From Planctomycetota bacterium (GTDB lineage: Bacteria > Planctomycetota > MHYJ01 > WSZJ01): DNA of 64,000 nucleotides. The stretch's first letter is position 1; the number at the start of each line of letters is the position of its first letter. The notes under the pieces were generated by a model. It had not been told where the DNA came from. It did no database searches and was given only the letters and a program-made list of their open reading frames with translations. Below are positions 50,559 through 60,338 of the stretch, piece by piece. Both the position numbers and the translations under genes were made by a program. Location of the stretch: NCBI GenBank assembly GCA_038060895.1, contig JBBTCT010000020.1, positions 48,506-112,505 on the forward strand. The letters are read 5' to 3'.

Positions 50559-52273
50559 GGTTTCCTTTCGCTTTCCTCGCGCGCCTTCGCGCGCTGCTTC
50601 ATCTTCGCGATCAGGTCGTCCGCCTCGTCGTACGAAAGCGCTTCCTTCGTCGCCGCCGCCGACTCCTCGCGCGGCTTCTCCAGGCGCTTCAGGTCCTCCA
50701 CGGCACCCTCGTCCACGTCGTACTGGATTGACTCTTCCCCGCCCGACGACGTCCACGGGGTCAGGATCAGCGTGAGCCGCGCCAGCTCGCGCGGCGCGGC
50801 GTTGAATGCGTCGAGCATGGCGGCGAGACCCTTGCGGTCGACGAGGCGGACGCGCTGGTCGGAAGCGGCCTTCGTCGCCTCGGCCGTGAACTCGGCATTC
50901 GTGACCAGGACGGCCTGGCGGCAGAGGAAGTAGTCGCGGGCCTGGGCGAGTTCGCGGACCGGGGCGACGCTGACGGGTTCCCGGGAGAGCAGGCCCAGCG
51001 CCGCGGTTTTCTCGTCCCCCTGTTCCGCGATCGTCACCGCGGGGCGGTCCTCCGACGCCGGCATTCCGTGGACGACGCAGCCCTGGGTCTGGTGCATGAG
51101 CGCGACGAGGAGCTGGAAGTTCGCGGGAGCGATCCTGTCGACTTCCTCGAGCTTCACTTTCCTCTCCGCCCTCACGGGCGCGTGCTTGTCGAGCTCCGCC
51201 TCGAAACTCGCCAGCTTCGCTTCCCGCCGGATCGTCGTGATTCTCGCGAGAAGCTCGCCGATCTCAGGCGGGCGCGAACCCTCCTGCAGGTACTGGAGGA
51301 GGTAGGGCAGGCGGGAAAAATCGGCGCCGGGGTCGGGGTAGAGGGAAGCGTAGACGGCGTAAGTGTCGGGATTGGAGAGCTCGAAGCGAAGGAACTCGGC
51401 CTTGAACTCCTGGTAATCGGAGCGCAGGGAGCAGCCGGCAAGGAACTCGTAGATGTGGTCGCGGCGCAGGGCGAGGCCGTTGCGGCCGAGGAGTGTGACG
51501 AGCATGTCGAGTTCTTCGGGCGGGATGAGGTCGGCGGTCTCACGGTACGACGAGTGTCGCTGCATGAAGGGAATGAGGAAGCGTTCTTCGAGGCGGGCGG
51601 TGAGTCTTTCGTCGGGGGGCCCGGAGGCGCCGGGGTCGCGGAGGACGGGGTGAAGGACTTCGAGCGCGCGGCGGGTGAGGACGCCGGCCATGAAGGAGGT
51701 GATTGCCGCGGTCGCGAGGGCGCCGGCCGCGAGCCCGACGCCGCGCCAGCCCGTCAAGTCGCCGCGCGTTCCCAGGGCGATCCCGCCGCCGATCGCCGCC
51801 AGCGCGAAGACCAGGAACGCGATGCGCCGGAACAGCGAGAGCCTCCGCCGCGCCGCGCGGATGGCCGCCAGCGCCACCAGCCACTCGCGGTCCCGCCCCG
51901 AGTTCACGTCCATCAGCCGCACGCCCACCGTCGCGGACCCGCACTTCCCGCACGCCTCCGGCACGCCGAAAAACGTCAGTCCGCAGCGCATGCAGCGCCG
52001 AAGGTGGTCCTGCGGCGGAAGAAAATCCAGGTGAAGCGCGCTCTTCCGAAGCGCCGCCCACAGTTCCCTGAACGATCCGCGCAGTTTCGCCTGGGCGCCG
52101 AGGCCGACCGCCATCTGCTGCACCGCGCTGATGGAGGTTTCCCTGCCTTCTGCAGCGGGTGCGTCCGCGGGGACGTCCATTTTCTTGCCGCAGGAAGTGC
52201 AGCGGATCGTGCGCCCACGGGCCGAGTCGGGGCCGCGGAACTTCTTGCCGCAGGTGCAGACGATGCGGATCAC
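50555..52273 (-). CDS. Membrane protein with Zn ribbons and degenerate Mrr-like restriction endonuclease domain
   Basis: IVCTCGK..IRCTSCG, CMRCG..CGKCG, two TM helices; C-terminal VSVAPVREL..AVLVTNAEFT.EA..AA...VRLVDR; GTG 52273. Confidence 0.7.
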   Translation of the reverse strand: MIRIVCTCGKKFRGPDSARGRTIRCTSCGKKMDVPADAPAAEGRETSISAVQQMAVGLGAQAKLRGSFRELWAALRKSALHLDFLPPQDHLRRCMRCGLTFFGVPEACGKCGSATVGVRLMDVNSGRDREWLVALAAIRAARRRLSLFRRIAFLVFALAAIGGGIALGTRGDLTGWRGVGLAAGALATAAITSFMAGVLTRRALEVLHPVLRDPGASGPPDERLTARLEERFLIPFMQRHSSYRETADLIPPEELDMLVTLLGRNGLALRRDHIYEFLAGCSLRSDYQEFKAEFLRFELSNPDTYAVYASLYPDPGADFSRLPYLLQYLQEGSRPPEIGELLARITTIRREAKLASFEAELDKHAPVRAERKVKLEEVDRIAPANFQLLVALMHQTQGCVVHGMPASEDRPAVTIAEQGDEKTAALGLLSREPVSVAPVRELAQARDYFLCRQAVLVTNAEFTAEATKAASDQRVRLVDRKGLAAMLDAFNAAPRELARLTLILTPWTSSGGEESIQYDVDEGAVEDLKRLEKPREESAAATKEALSYDEADDLIAKMKQRAKAREESERKP

Positions 52274-52296
52274 GGCGCGCAGTGTACGCGCTCCCA

Positions 52297-52601
52297 GGGT
52301 GCATGGCCGGTATTGCAAGGACTGACGGTCGCCTTGGTCGGAGAGATTCCTTGTTCCTCCGTTCCTCCGTGATTTCCGTGTTCATGCCGTTTTTTCGCCC
52401 CCCGAGTCACCTCCCCGTCGTCACTAAAAAAACGACGTACACGGAAAACACGGAGGAACTGAGGCACGCCGAAGGACATGAGCGATGAGCACCGACGGGG
52501 TACTCGTGAGGTGTCGCAGGGGATTCCCTTGAGGCCTGGATGCTTGCCACGGGGGACGTGGGCGGTCGTCCGGGCGACCTTGCAATACCGGCCATGCACC
52601 C
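52297..52601. mobile_element. MITE-like element with 24-bp perfect terminal inverted repeats and a nested hairpin
   Basis: gggtgcatggccggtattgcaagg (52297-52320) and ccttgcaataccggccatgcaccc (52578-52601); inner IR 52361-52395/52426-52459. Confidence 0.6.
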
Positions 52602-52616
52602 GCCCGCCCAGCGCCG

Positions 52617-54791
52617 CTACTTCAGCCCGAACAGAACGACTCTGCCTCCGGTGTAGTCCACCAGGGCGCCCTTTCCGGTTTTCGGGTCGAGCGTGAAGCG
52701 CGACATCGAAACCCAGGTATTGGTGCACTTCAGGTACCACGTTTTCCCCGCGTCCGCGCCGTAGGGATGAGCGCTCTCGAGTACCTTCTCAACAGCGAGG
52801 TCCTTCAGGTTGATGCGGAAGAGCGCGAGTCGATCCGGCGTGCGCGCTGCGACCCAGGCGGCGCCGTGCGCTGAATCAACGGCGATGGCGTCGGGGGCGA
52901 AGTCGCCGGGAAGCGCCACGCGCTCGGACTTCTCGCCCAGGACGCGGTAAACAGCGCGGTCAGCGAGGTCCGCGAAGACGGCGGCGCCGGTGGCTGGGTC
53001 GAACGCGACGTCGCACGGGTTTTTCCCGAACGGGATCTTCGTCGCCGCGAAGGTCGTGAGATCGACCGAGCAGGCGCCCGCGTCGGGGCCGCTTCCGATC
53101 GCGACCCAGGCGCGGTTGCCGGCGGCGTCGATGGCGAGGGCGGTGGGGTCGTCGGGGAGCTTGTCGCCGAGCGGCTCTGCGCCCGGGGCGACGGAGACGA
53201 TCATTCCAGGGCCGGAGCGGAGGATGACGGCACCTTTGTCCCAGGTCGCGAAGTGTCGGTGCGACCAGCAGCGCGTGCCGGGTGCGCCGACCTTTCTCAA
53301 TGTTTTGTTTTCGAGTCCCGTTTCCGAAAGCTGCTCGTCGGCCCAGCCGAGCACCCACGCGCTGCCGCTTCCGGCGCCGACGGCGATCGGGCCGCGCGGG
53401 AGCGAGGGGCCGGCCGTGAATTTCCTGGAAGCGGGGTCAAGCCAGTAGAGCGTGTTGGGGAAAACCCACTCTCCGATCGCGACGAGGAGCTGCCCGGACT
53501 TGGGCTCGAGCGCGATCGCGCGCGGCATCATGATCGGCGTGGCAAGGTGAGTGACGGCCTTCGTCGCCGGGTCGAGCACCGCAAGGCGGTCGTCGTCCAT
53601 GGCGAGCCAGAGCTTGCCGTCGGCCCACGCCGCATCCATCGGCGCTGCGCCGGTGCGCAGGAACTTCGTCTTCGCATCCGCAACGGTGTGCACCGTGACG
53701 CCGCTTCCGCCCTGGTAGCCGGTGATTGCGATGACCCGGCCCAGCTCCTCGTCCACCGCGACGCCCTTGTAGAGGTGTCCCCCCGCGAATCCCTCGAAGC
53801 TCCCGGTCGCCACCCGCTTGCCGACGTGGACAGAGACGATCTTCGTGCTCCACGTCTGCACCCACAGGGTGTCGCGCTTCCGGTCGTAGCAGAGGCCGTT
53901 CGGCTTGCCGTCGGTCTTCACGTTCACGAACGCCGGCGGAGATTTCGAGAGGTCGATGATCGAGACGTCGCCGGTGTTGTCGTTGGCGGTGAACAGAACA
54001 TCGCCGCCCGGATGCAGGATCATGTGCTGGGCATCCATCGCACCCTTCACGGTGAACGGCTTGAAGTCGCCCTTCTCCGCCGGCGCGATCTGAAGGACGT
54101 TGTCGTGGCCCTTGAAGCCGTCGCCGAAGAGCGCGATGAGGCGGCCCGAGTTGATGTGGACGAGCAGCCCATTGAGGGCGTGACCGTCTTCCGGAATCGG
54201 GATCTCGCGGGTCGCCACGACGGCGCCGTCGGCGAGCTTGCGCGTATGCACCCGCGGCGGCTTCGTCTGTGCTTCCTCGACGTGGACCAGCCCGCGTTTC
54301 TTGTCGATCGCGATGCGCCGCAGGCCCTTGGCGCCTTCCACCGTGAAGAGCGACTTCACCGTCGCGTCGGGGCCGCCCCGGGCCCGCGCGGCGCCGGCGG
54401 CGGCCCCCACCCCCTCGGCCGACGGGTCGGCAACCATGTTCCACGAGTCGCCGACGGCGACAGACTTCCACGCCTCGGCCTTCGGCGGCGAAACAGAGAC
54501 GCTGCCCGCGTGCAGCACGTACACGGTCCCCGTTTCCGGATACACGACGATCGTGCGCCCCTGCGCGGGGATCGGGACGGTGCGAAGCTCGAGCGTCTTC
54601 GTGTCGAGCACGCCGAGCGCGGCGGTCTCTTTTCCGAGCAGGTACGCCAGGTGGCGCTTGCCGTCGGCCGCGGCCTCCGAAGGGTTGATTGCGTTTGCGT
54701 CGAGGCCCTTCGGGCGGAGAACGACTTCCGTGGCTTCCTCGGCGGAGGCGAGGAGAGCGGCGAGGACGAGGGCGAGGAAGGCGCGCGGCAT
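52617..54791 (-). CDS. Exported YncE/YVTN-like multi-blade beta-propeller protein
   Basis: Signal peptide; VSIIDL, KPNGL, PMDAA, PRAIAL, PTALAID and PCDVAFD blade repeats. Confidence 0.75.
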   Translation of the reverse strand: MPRAFLALVLAALLASAEEATEVVLRPKGLDANAINPSEAAADGKRHLAYLLGKETAALGVLDTKTLELRTVPIPAQGRTIVVYPETGTVYVLHAGSVSVSPPKAEAWKSVAVGDSWNMVADPSAEGVGAAAGAARARGGPDATVKSLFTVEGAKGLRRIAIDKKRGLVHVEEAQTKPPRVHTRKLADGAVVATREIPIPEDGHALNGLLVHINSGRLIALFGDGFKGHDNVLQIAPAEKGDFKPFTVKGAMDAQHMILHPGGDVLFTANDNTGDVSIIDLSKSPPAFVNVKTDGKPNGLCYDRKRDTLWVQTWSTKIVSVHVGKRVATGSFEGFAGGHLYKGVAVDEELGRVIAITGYQGGSGVTVHTVADAKTKFLRTGAAPMDAAWADGKLWLAMDDDRLAVLDPATKAVTHLATPIMMPRAIALEPKSGQLLVAIGEWVFPNTLYWLDPASRKFTAGPSLPRGPIAVGAGSGSAWVLGWADEQLSETGLENKTLRKVGAPGTRCWSHRHFATWDKGAVILRSGPGMIVSVAPGAEPLGDKLPDDPTALAIDAAGNRAWVAIGSGPDAGACSVDLTTFAATKIPFGKNPCDVAFDPATGAAVFADLADRAVYRVLGEKSERVALPGDFAPDAIAVDSAHGAAWVAARTPDRLALFRINLKDLAVEKVLESAHPYGADAGKTWYLKCTNTWVSMSRFTLDPKTGKGALVDYTGGRVVLFGLK

Positions 54792-54800
54792 CCCCGAAGT

Positions 54801-55760
54801 CTAACGGCGGAACACTTCCGTCAGCGCTTCAACCACGACTTCCCAGTCGAACTTCCGGATCCGCTCGAGGGCGGCGGCGGCGCGGGCGCGGGCTGCGGCG
54901 GGATCTTCGCGCGTTTTTCGAAGCGCGGCGACGAGCGCGGCGACGTCATCGACGGGTACAACAAGCGCGGTGGTCTCGTCGGCGAAATCGGTCGTGCCGA
55001 AGCGCGTGCAGATGACCGGGATGCCGCAGGCCATGGCCTCGGCGGTCGGGTTCGACCAGCCGGCGGTGCGCTCCATCGTGACGCTGACGTCGGACGCCTG
55101 GTAATAGCCGACGAGCTTCACCTGGTCGGTGCCGGAGACCTGCTCGATCCGCTTGCGCAGAAGGAAGTACCGGATCGGGAGCCGCGACGGGCGGTCGGCG
55201 ACGATCCGGACCCGCGCGTCTTTCCAGTTCAGCTTCTTGAACGCGGCGAGGACGAGGTCCACGGCCTCGAGCTTCTTGTCGAGCCGTCCGACGACGTTGA
55301 TCGTGAAGGGGCCCTCTCCGCGCGGTCCGGGCCGGAATTGCGCCGTATTCACGCCGCCGGGAATCGCAATCGCCTTGACTCCCGGGAGATACTCGTTCCA
55401 GCGGCCCGAATTCGCGACCGCGAGCGCGTCCGGGTGGCGCTCGAGGAACGCGCGATACTTCGAGGCGTACCGCTCGCCGATGATCATCACGATCCGCTTC
55501 TTGGCCGGCGCGGCCGCCATCGTCTCGAGCAGCCCGCAGTCGCCGCACATCACGACGTCGTGCGTGCGCTCCGATAGTTTTTCGAGCGGCAGCACCGGCA
55601 CGTCGCACTCGAGCCAGTCCGGCTTCTTCGTCTCCCGCATGTAGATCCGGAAGTCGTGCCCGCGTTTCTGAAAACGGTTCCCCAGCTCCACGAACCTCCG
55701 CACGCCGCCAGCGAGGCCCGCGTGGGGCAGGAGAGCGGCGATCGCCAGCTTCTCTTTCAC
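54801..55760 (-). CDS. Glycosyltransferase family 4
   Basis: GGV, IPGGVN..QF, YQASDV, EAMACGIPVI, FDW; GTG 55760. Confidence 0.88.
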   Translation of the reverse strand: MKEKLAIAALLPHAGLAGGVRRFVELGNRFQKRGHDFRIYMRETKKPDWLECDVPVLPLEKLSERTHDVVMCGDCGLLETMAAAPAKKRIVMIIGERYASKYRAFLERHPDALAVANSGRWNEYLPGVKAIAIPGGVNTAQFRPGPRGEGPFTINVVGRLDKKLEAVDLVLAAFKKLNWKDARVRIVADRPSRLPIRYFLLRKRIEQVSGTDQVKLVGYYQASDVSVTMERTAGWSNPTAEAMACGIPVICTRFGTTDFADETTALVVPVDDVAALVAALRKTREDPAAARARAAAALERIRKFDWEVVVEALTEVFRR

Positions 55761-55761
55761 T

Positions 55762-56520
55762 TCAGTAAGACGCCGCTTTGCGCGTCTTGCCCTCGAGGAG
55801 GCTCGCCCGGAAGCTCTCGACCGTCGTCTTCGCATTGACGTCGATGCGCGGAAGCGCGAACGGATCCGTCTTCGGTCCCACGCGCCCGGGGTCGATCGTG
55901 AGCGCGCCGGCATACCCCTCCTCGCGCGCGATGCGCGTCGTCGCCTTCACGAACGCCCCGTGCGGGTAGCACAGGTAAAGCGGCCCCGAGCCCCCCAGCT
56001 CGCGCTTCATCGTCTCACTCGACTCCGCCAGCTCCCGCCGCGCGTCCTTCTTCTCCAGCCGCGACAGCTTCGGGTGCGTCGCCGTGTGCGACCCGAACGC
56101 AAACCCCTCCTTCTGCAGCCGCCGCACGTCGTCCCAGCTCATCAGTGGAAACTCGAGCCCCTTCGACGTCCGGAACGTCCCCCCGACCAGCGTCGTGACG
56201 AGGAACACGGTCGCCGTGAACCCGTGCTCGCGAAGCGCCGGGCAGGCGTTCTCCTCGAAGTCGCGGTACCCGTCGTCGAACGTAATCGCTACCGCGGGCG
56301 ACGCGTCACCCGCCTTCCCGCGCCGAACGCACTCGTCCAGGGACACCACCGGGATCCCCGCTTCCCGCAGCGCCGCCATCTGCTTGCGAAACTCCGCCGG
56401 CGTGACCGTGAACCCCGCCGTGTTGTTCCCGATCGAGTGGTACATCAGGATCGCGGGGCCACAGGCCCGGGAGGGATCGGTGCGGAAGCGGGCGAGGGCA
56501 GCCTTGATCAGTCGGCGCAT
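55762..56520 (-). CDS. Polysaccharide deacetylase (NodB domain)
   Basis: ILMYHSI, ITFDDGY, GSHTATH, YPHG, LPRI. Confidence 0.9.
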   Translation of the reverse strand: MRRLIKAALARFRTDPSRACGPAILMYHSIGNNTAGFTVTPAEFRKQMAALREAGIPVVSLDECVRRGKAGDASPAVAITFDDGYRDFEENACPALREHGFTATVFLVTTLVGGTFRTSKGLEFPLMSWDDVRRLQKEGFAFGSHTATHPKLSRLEKKDARRELAESSETMKRELGGSGPLYLCYPHGAFVKATTRIAREEGYAGALTIDPGRVGPKTDPFALPRIDVNAKTTVESFRASLLEGKTRKAASY

Positions 56521-56576
56521 TGCCGAAAGTATCCGCGCGCGCACTTTCGAGCCGCAAGCCCTAAGTTACCCTCTTG

Positions 56577-56620
56577 CGGCCCGCCCGCCCGCCTGCCGGC
56601 TCGCCCGCGTGCCCTCCGTC
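56577..56620. repeat. Single-arm GCCCGC repeat related to 19747-19829
   Basis: Reverse complement reads gacggagggcacgcgggcgagccggcaggcgggcgggcgggccg. Confidence 0.5.
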
Positions 56621-56636
56621 TGTTACCTTTCCCGCG

Positions 56637-59531
56637 ATGGCCCAGGACACCGACCTTCGCTTCGCCCTCGCCGCCACGCAGCTCGGGATCATCTCCCGCA
56701 AGCAGCTGCTGTCGTGCGTGGGGACGTGGCTGGAGGAACTCAGGCGGGTGGACGGCGCGAAGGGGAAGAAGGCAAAGCGGCCGGAGACGCTGCTTTATGA
56801 AGCGGGGTTGATCGACGAGACCGGGCTGACGACCGTTCTCAAGGCGATGAAGCGTGGCGCGGCCGGGATCGACGAAGGGCTGCGGAACTCGCTCCTGAAC
56901 CTGAGCCCGCCGAAGCCGATTTCCGACTGGCTGAAGTCGCTTCCGGTCAGCGCACGTGGCCAGACGATGATCAAGCGCGCGCCGAAGGACATCCGGTACG
57001 ACCTCGGGAAGGAGATCGCGCGGGGCGGCGTGGGGCGCGTGGTCGAGGGGATCGACCGGAAGCTGAGGCGCGAGGTGGCGCTCAAGCTGCTGCCGGAGAC
57101 GGCGGACCCGGAGTCGGTGGAGAGGTTCGTGCGGGAAGCGCGGATCAGCGCGAAGCTCGACCACCCGAACGTTGTCCCGGTGTACGACTTCGGGGACATG
57201 CCCGGGGTGCAGGGCGGGCGGCAGCTGTACCTGGCGATGAAGAGGGTGAAGGGGAAGGACCTGGGCGAGATCCTGATGGACCTGGCGACGGGGCAGCCGG
57301 GGGCGGAGGACGAGTGGACGCAGGCGCGGCTGCTCGGGATTTTCCAGGACGTCTGCCAGGGGATCGCCTACGCGCACTCGCGCGGGGTGCTGCACCGCGA
57401 CCTCAAGCCCGCGAACGTCATGCTCGGGGACTACGGCGAAGTTCTGATCGTGGATTGGGGACTCGCGAAGTTCATCGGCGAAGCGGAGCCGGAGCGTTCG
57501 GAGCCGTCGTCCGCGATCCCGATGCCGCTCGCGGACCTCACGATGGTGGGGCAGATCGTGGGCACGCCGTCGTACATGTCGCCGGAGGCCGCGGCGGGCC
57601 ACGCGGACTCGATGGACGAGCGCAGCGACGTGTACGCGCTCGGCACGATCCTCTACGCGATCCTGACCTGGCGGGTGCCGTTCGAGGGGGTGTCGCGCGA
57701 CGACGTGATCAACAAGGTGAAGGAGTTCAGGTTCGTGCCGCCCGGGAAGCGCGTGGCGGAGACAAAGGGGCCGCGGCCGGGGAGCGTGGCGCCGGAGCTC
57801 GAGGCCGTGTGCGTGAAGGCGATGGCGCGGTACGCCGCGGAGCGCCACGCGTCGGCGCGCGAGCTTTATGACGCAGTGCGTCAATTCCTGGAGGGCGCTT
57901 CTGAACACGAGCGCCACGTCCACGAAGCCGCCGGGCACGTGGACCGCGGCCGGGGGCTCCTCACGCGCTGCGACGAGCTGGAAGCGCAGATCCGGGAGCT
58001 CGAGATGCGGTCCGCCGAATTCTCGGGGCACATCAAGCCGCACCAGCCGCCGGTGGAGAAGCGGCCGCTGTGGGACGCGGAAGCGAAGCTGCGGGAGCTC
58101 AGGGACGAGAAGGTGGAGAAGCGTGCGCAGGCGGCGGCGGAATTCCGGGAGGCGCTCCGGCTCGACCCGGGGAACACGGAGGCGCAGTCGGGCATCTGCA
58201 GCCAGCTCGTCGAGCGGTACCTAGAGGCGGAGCGGCGCGGCGACAGGGCCGGGATGCTGCACGTCTGGAACTCGTTCCAGGGTTACGACAAGGGCGGCGA
58301 GTGGCGGTACCTGCTCGACGCTCCCGGAAGGCTCGAACTGCGCACCTGGGTTTACGCCTGCCAGTGTCTCCGCCCGGCCACGGGCGCGTTCGGGATCGAA
58401 TTCGTGGAGACGGCGTCGGTTCCGTGGCGGGAAGGCAAGCCTCGGCCGGACCTCGCCGTCACGCCGGAGGACCTGCCCGTTCCCGCGATCTGGTCCGTCG
58501 GCGCCGCGGCAAAGCACGGGCACACGGCGGCCTGTCACAAGGTCGAGCGCAAGGGGGTCGAGGTCTGGGTCGCGAAGATCAAGGAAGCGGACCGGAGGCT
58601 CACCCCGCGGGAAGAACGCTTCCTCGGTAAGACTCCCCTCGGCCCGATCGAGCTTCCGCAGGGCGACTACCAGTGCTTTCTTCGTGCGCAGGGAACCCCC
58701 GAGGTCCGGCTGCCGGTGCGCATCACGCGCGACGGGCTGTGGAAGCAGGACGTCACGCTCTACGCCCCGAGCGAAGTCCCGGACGGATTCGTGCTCATGC
58801 CCGGGGGACCGTTCGTGAAGGGACGCGGGGTGGAAGAAGGCGGAGAGCTGCCGACGGCCGACACCGCGGACGCGTTCGTGGCGCAATTCCCGGTGACGTG
58901 CGCGGACTACCTCGAGTACCTGAACGACCTCTGCGCGAAAGGCCTCGCCGCCGACGCGGAACGCAGGCGTCCGAAGGAAGCCGAGCGGCGTTTCTGGGTC
59001 CTCGAAGGCGAAGGCGCCAATGCGCGCTTCCGCCTCCCTACCGCCGAGGAAGATCCCGAGCTCGCGTGGGAACCCGGATGGCCCGTTCTCGGCGTGACCT
59101 GGCGCGACGCGATCGGGTATTGCGAGTGGCGCTCGGCGCGCGAGGGACGCACGTACCGGTTGCTGCACGAAGACGAATACGAGAAAGCAGCGCGCGGCGT
59201 CGACCAGCGCGCGTATTCCTTCGGCCGCTCCTACGACGGCACCTACTCCCACACGAACGTCTCGCTCACCGGCCCGGCGCGCCCGATGCCCGCCGGCTCC
59301 TTCGCCGCCGACGAGTCCGTCTACGGCGTCCGCGACCTCTCGGGCGGCGCCTCGACCTGGTGCCTCAACCTGTTCGACCCCGCCCTCCCCCGCGTCCGCG
59401 CCGTCCGCGGGGGCTCCTGGGGCGCTTCGCCCGCGCAGGCCCATGCCGCCGTGCGTCAATCGCTCCACCCGGCCAGCGCTTCCCTGCTCGTTGGATTCCG
59501 CCTGGCCTGCTCCGCCGAGGCTTGGCCGTGA
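56637..59531 (+). CDS. Ser/Thr kinase fused to coiled coil and FGE/SUMF1-like domain (paralogue of 15327-17939)
   Basis: IARGGVG, HRDLKPAN, DWGLAK, GTPSYMSPE; [26 protein letters not shown]; start ATG 56637. Confidence 0.9.
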   Translation: MAQDTDLRFALAATQLGIISRKQLLSCVGTWLEELRRVDGAKGKKAKRPETLLYEAGLIDETGLTTVLKAMKRGAAGIDEGLRNSLLNLSPPKPISDWLKSLPVSARGQTMIKRAPKDIRYDLGKEIARGGVGRVVEGIDRKLRREVALKLLPETADPESVERFVREARISAKLDHPNVVPVYDFGDMPGVQGGRQLYLAMKRVKGKDLGEILMDLATGQPGAEDEWTQARLLGIFQDVCQGIAYAHSRGVLHRDLKPANVMLGDYGEVLIVDWGLAKFIGEAEPERSEPSSAIPMPLADLTMVGQIVGTPSYMSPEAAAGHADSMDERSDVYALGTILYAILTWRVPFEGVSRDDVINKVKEFRFVPPGKRVAETKGPRPGSVAPELEAVCVKAMARYAAERHASARELYDAVRQFLEGASEHERHVHEAAGHVDRGRGLLTRCDELEAQIRELEMRSAEFSGHIKPHQPPVEKRPLWDAEAKLRELRDEKVEKRAQAAAEFREALRLDPGNTEAQSGICSQLVERYLEAERRGDRAGMLHVWNSFQGYDKGGEWRYLLDAPGRLELRTWVYACQCLRPATGAFGIEFVETASVPWREGKPRPDLAVTPEDLPVPAIWSVGAAAKHGHTAACHKVERKGVEVWVAKIKEADRRLTPREERFLGKTPLGPIELPQGDYQCFLRAQGTPEVRLPVRITRDGLWKQDVTLYAPSEVPDGFVLMPGGPFVKGRGVEEGGELPTADTADAFVAQFPVTCADYLEYLNDLCAKGLAADAERRRPKEAERRFWVLEGEGANARFRLPTAEEDPELAWEPGWPVLGVTWRDAIGYCEWRSAREGRTYRLLHEDEYEKAARGVDQRAYSFGRSYDGTYSHTNVSLTGPARPMPAGSFAADESVYGVRDLSGGASTWCLNLFDPALPRVRAVRGGSWGASPAQAHAAVRQSLHPASASLLVGFRLACSAEAWP
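57869..57883. promoter_or_regulatory. Palindrome copy 5, TGACGCA-G-TGCGTCA (inside the kinase gene)
   Basis: Perfect core, codons TAT GAC GCA GTG CGT CAA (YDAVRQ). Confidence 0.75.
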
Positions 59532-59977
59532 ACTTCTGGGTCGTCATCGCCATCGTCGCGGGAGCCGTCGTCGTCGCCGGCCTGCTGGCGCTGGCTGCGT
59601 TCATCGTTCACTGCGCCCGCGGAGCCGAAAAACGCTTCCAGGCCCTCCTCAAAGGCGAGTCGCTCCTCTTCCGCGCCAACGGCGCCAACTTCTCCGGCCG
59701 CACCTCGCAGAAGGCCCGCATGCGCGGAAACGGAATCCTCGCCCTGACGCCCACCCGCCTCTTTTTCGTCATGTGGGCTCCCCGCGTCACGCTCGAGCTG
59801 CCTCTCTCGAACGTCTCGGGCGCCCGCGTCGAGTCGTCGTTCCTCGGCCGGACGGGACCGGCCCTCGTCGTGGACTTCGAGGACCGCGCCGGGACACGCG
59901 ATTCGTGCGGATGGGTGACGGCGCAGGCCGAAGCGCTGGCCCCGCGCATTGTGGGGATGGCGGGGAAGCGAAGGTGA
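59528..59977 (+). CDS. Membrane-anchored hypothetical protein (PH/GRAM-like)
   Basis: GTG overlapping the kinase TGA; N-terminal TM; GANFSG..RGNGILALT..RLFF..LPLSNV. Confidence 0.7.
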   Translation: MNFWVVIAIVAGAVVVAGLLALAAFIVHCARGAEKRFQALLKGESLLFRANGANFSGRTSQKARMRGNGILALTPTRLFFVMWAPRVTLELPLSNVSGARVESSFLGRTGPALVVDFEDRAGTRDSCGWVTAQAEALAPRIVGMAGKRR

Positions 59978-60029
59978 CGGCCTCGGGAGCGAAATTGCCT
60001 GGGTGGCGGTGAGGCGGGCGTTGTCAGGC

Positions 60030-60247
60030 GGTTTGGGGTTGGGAGTTCCGGAAGTTGAGTTCCGAGTTCCGCGTTCCGGGTTCCGGGTGGAGTTCCGGGT
60101 CTGGAGTTTCGTGTCGGCCCCGCAGCCCAAGGATGCCCGCCCGCACTTGCGCAAAACCCGCAACTCCCAACCGGCCACTCCCAACCCCACACGGAACTCG
60201 GAACCCGGAACCCTGAACTCAACTTCCGGAACTCGAAACCCCAAACC
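60030..60247. repeat. Long inverted repeat of GAGTTCC/GGGTTCC heptamers
   Basis: ggtttggggttgggagttccggaagttgagttcc... pairs with ...gaactcaacttccggaactcgaaaccccaaacc. Confidence 0.8.
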
Positions 60248-60338
60248 CGACGTAAATCCCCCTTGGGGTCCCCCCTCCCCTCTCCCCTATACTCACCTTT
60301 GTGTTCCCATGTCCCGGGGGGGACAGAGGAGAGGTCCT

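Noticed and set aside
60030-60247. CRISPR array
   Set aside because: Units are degenerate 7-mers in inverted arms, with no constant repeats, unique spacers or cas genes
59949-60338. N-terminal extension of the PEGA/FGE kinase, and similar extensions at 462, 15312, 18332, 24804, 44610, 50756 and 56574
   Set aside because: They translate repeats or overlap neighbouring genes; better starts with SD, -10 boxes or stop/start overlaps lie downstream
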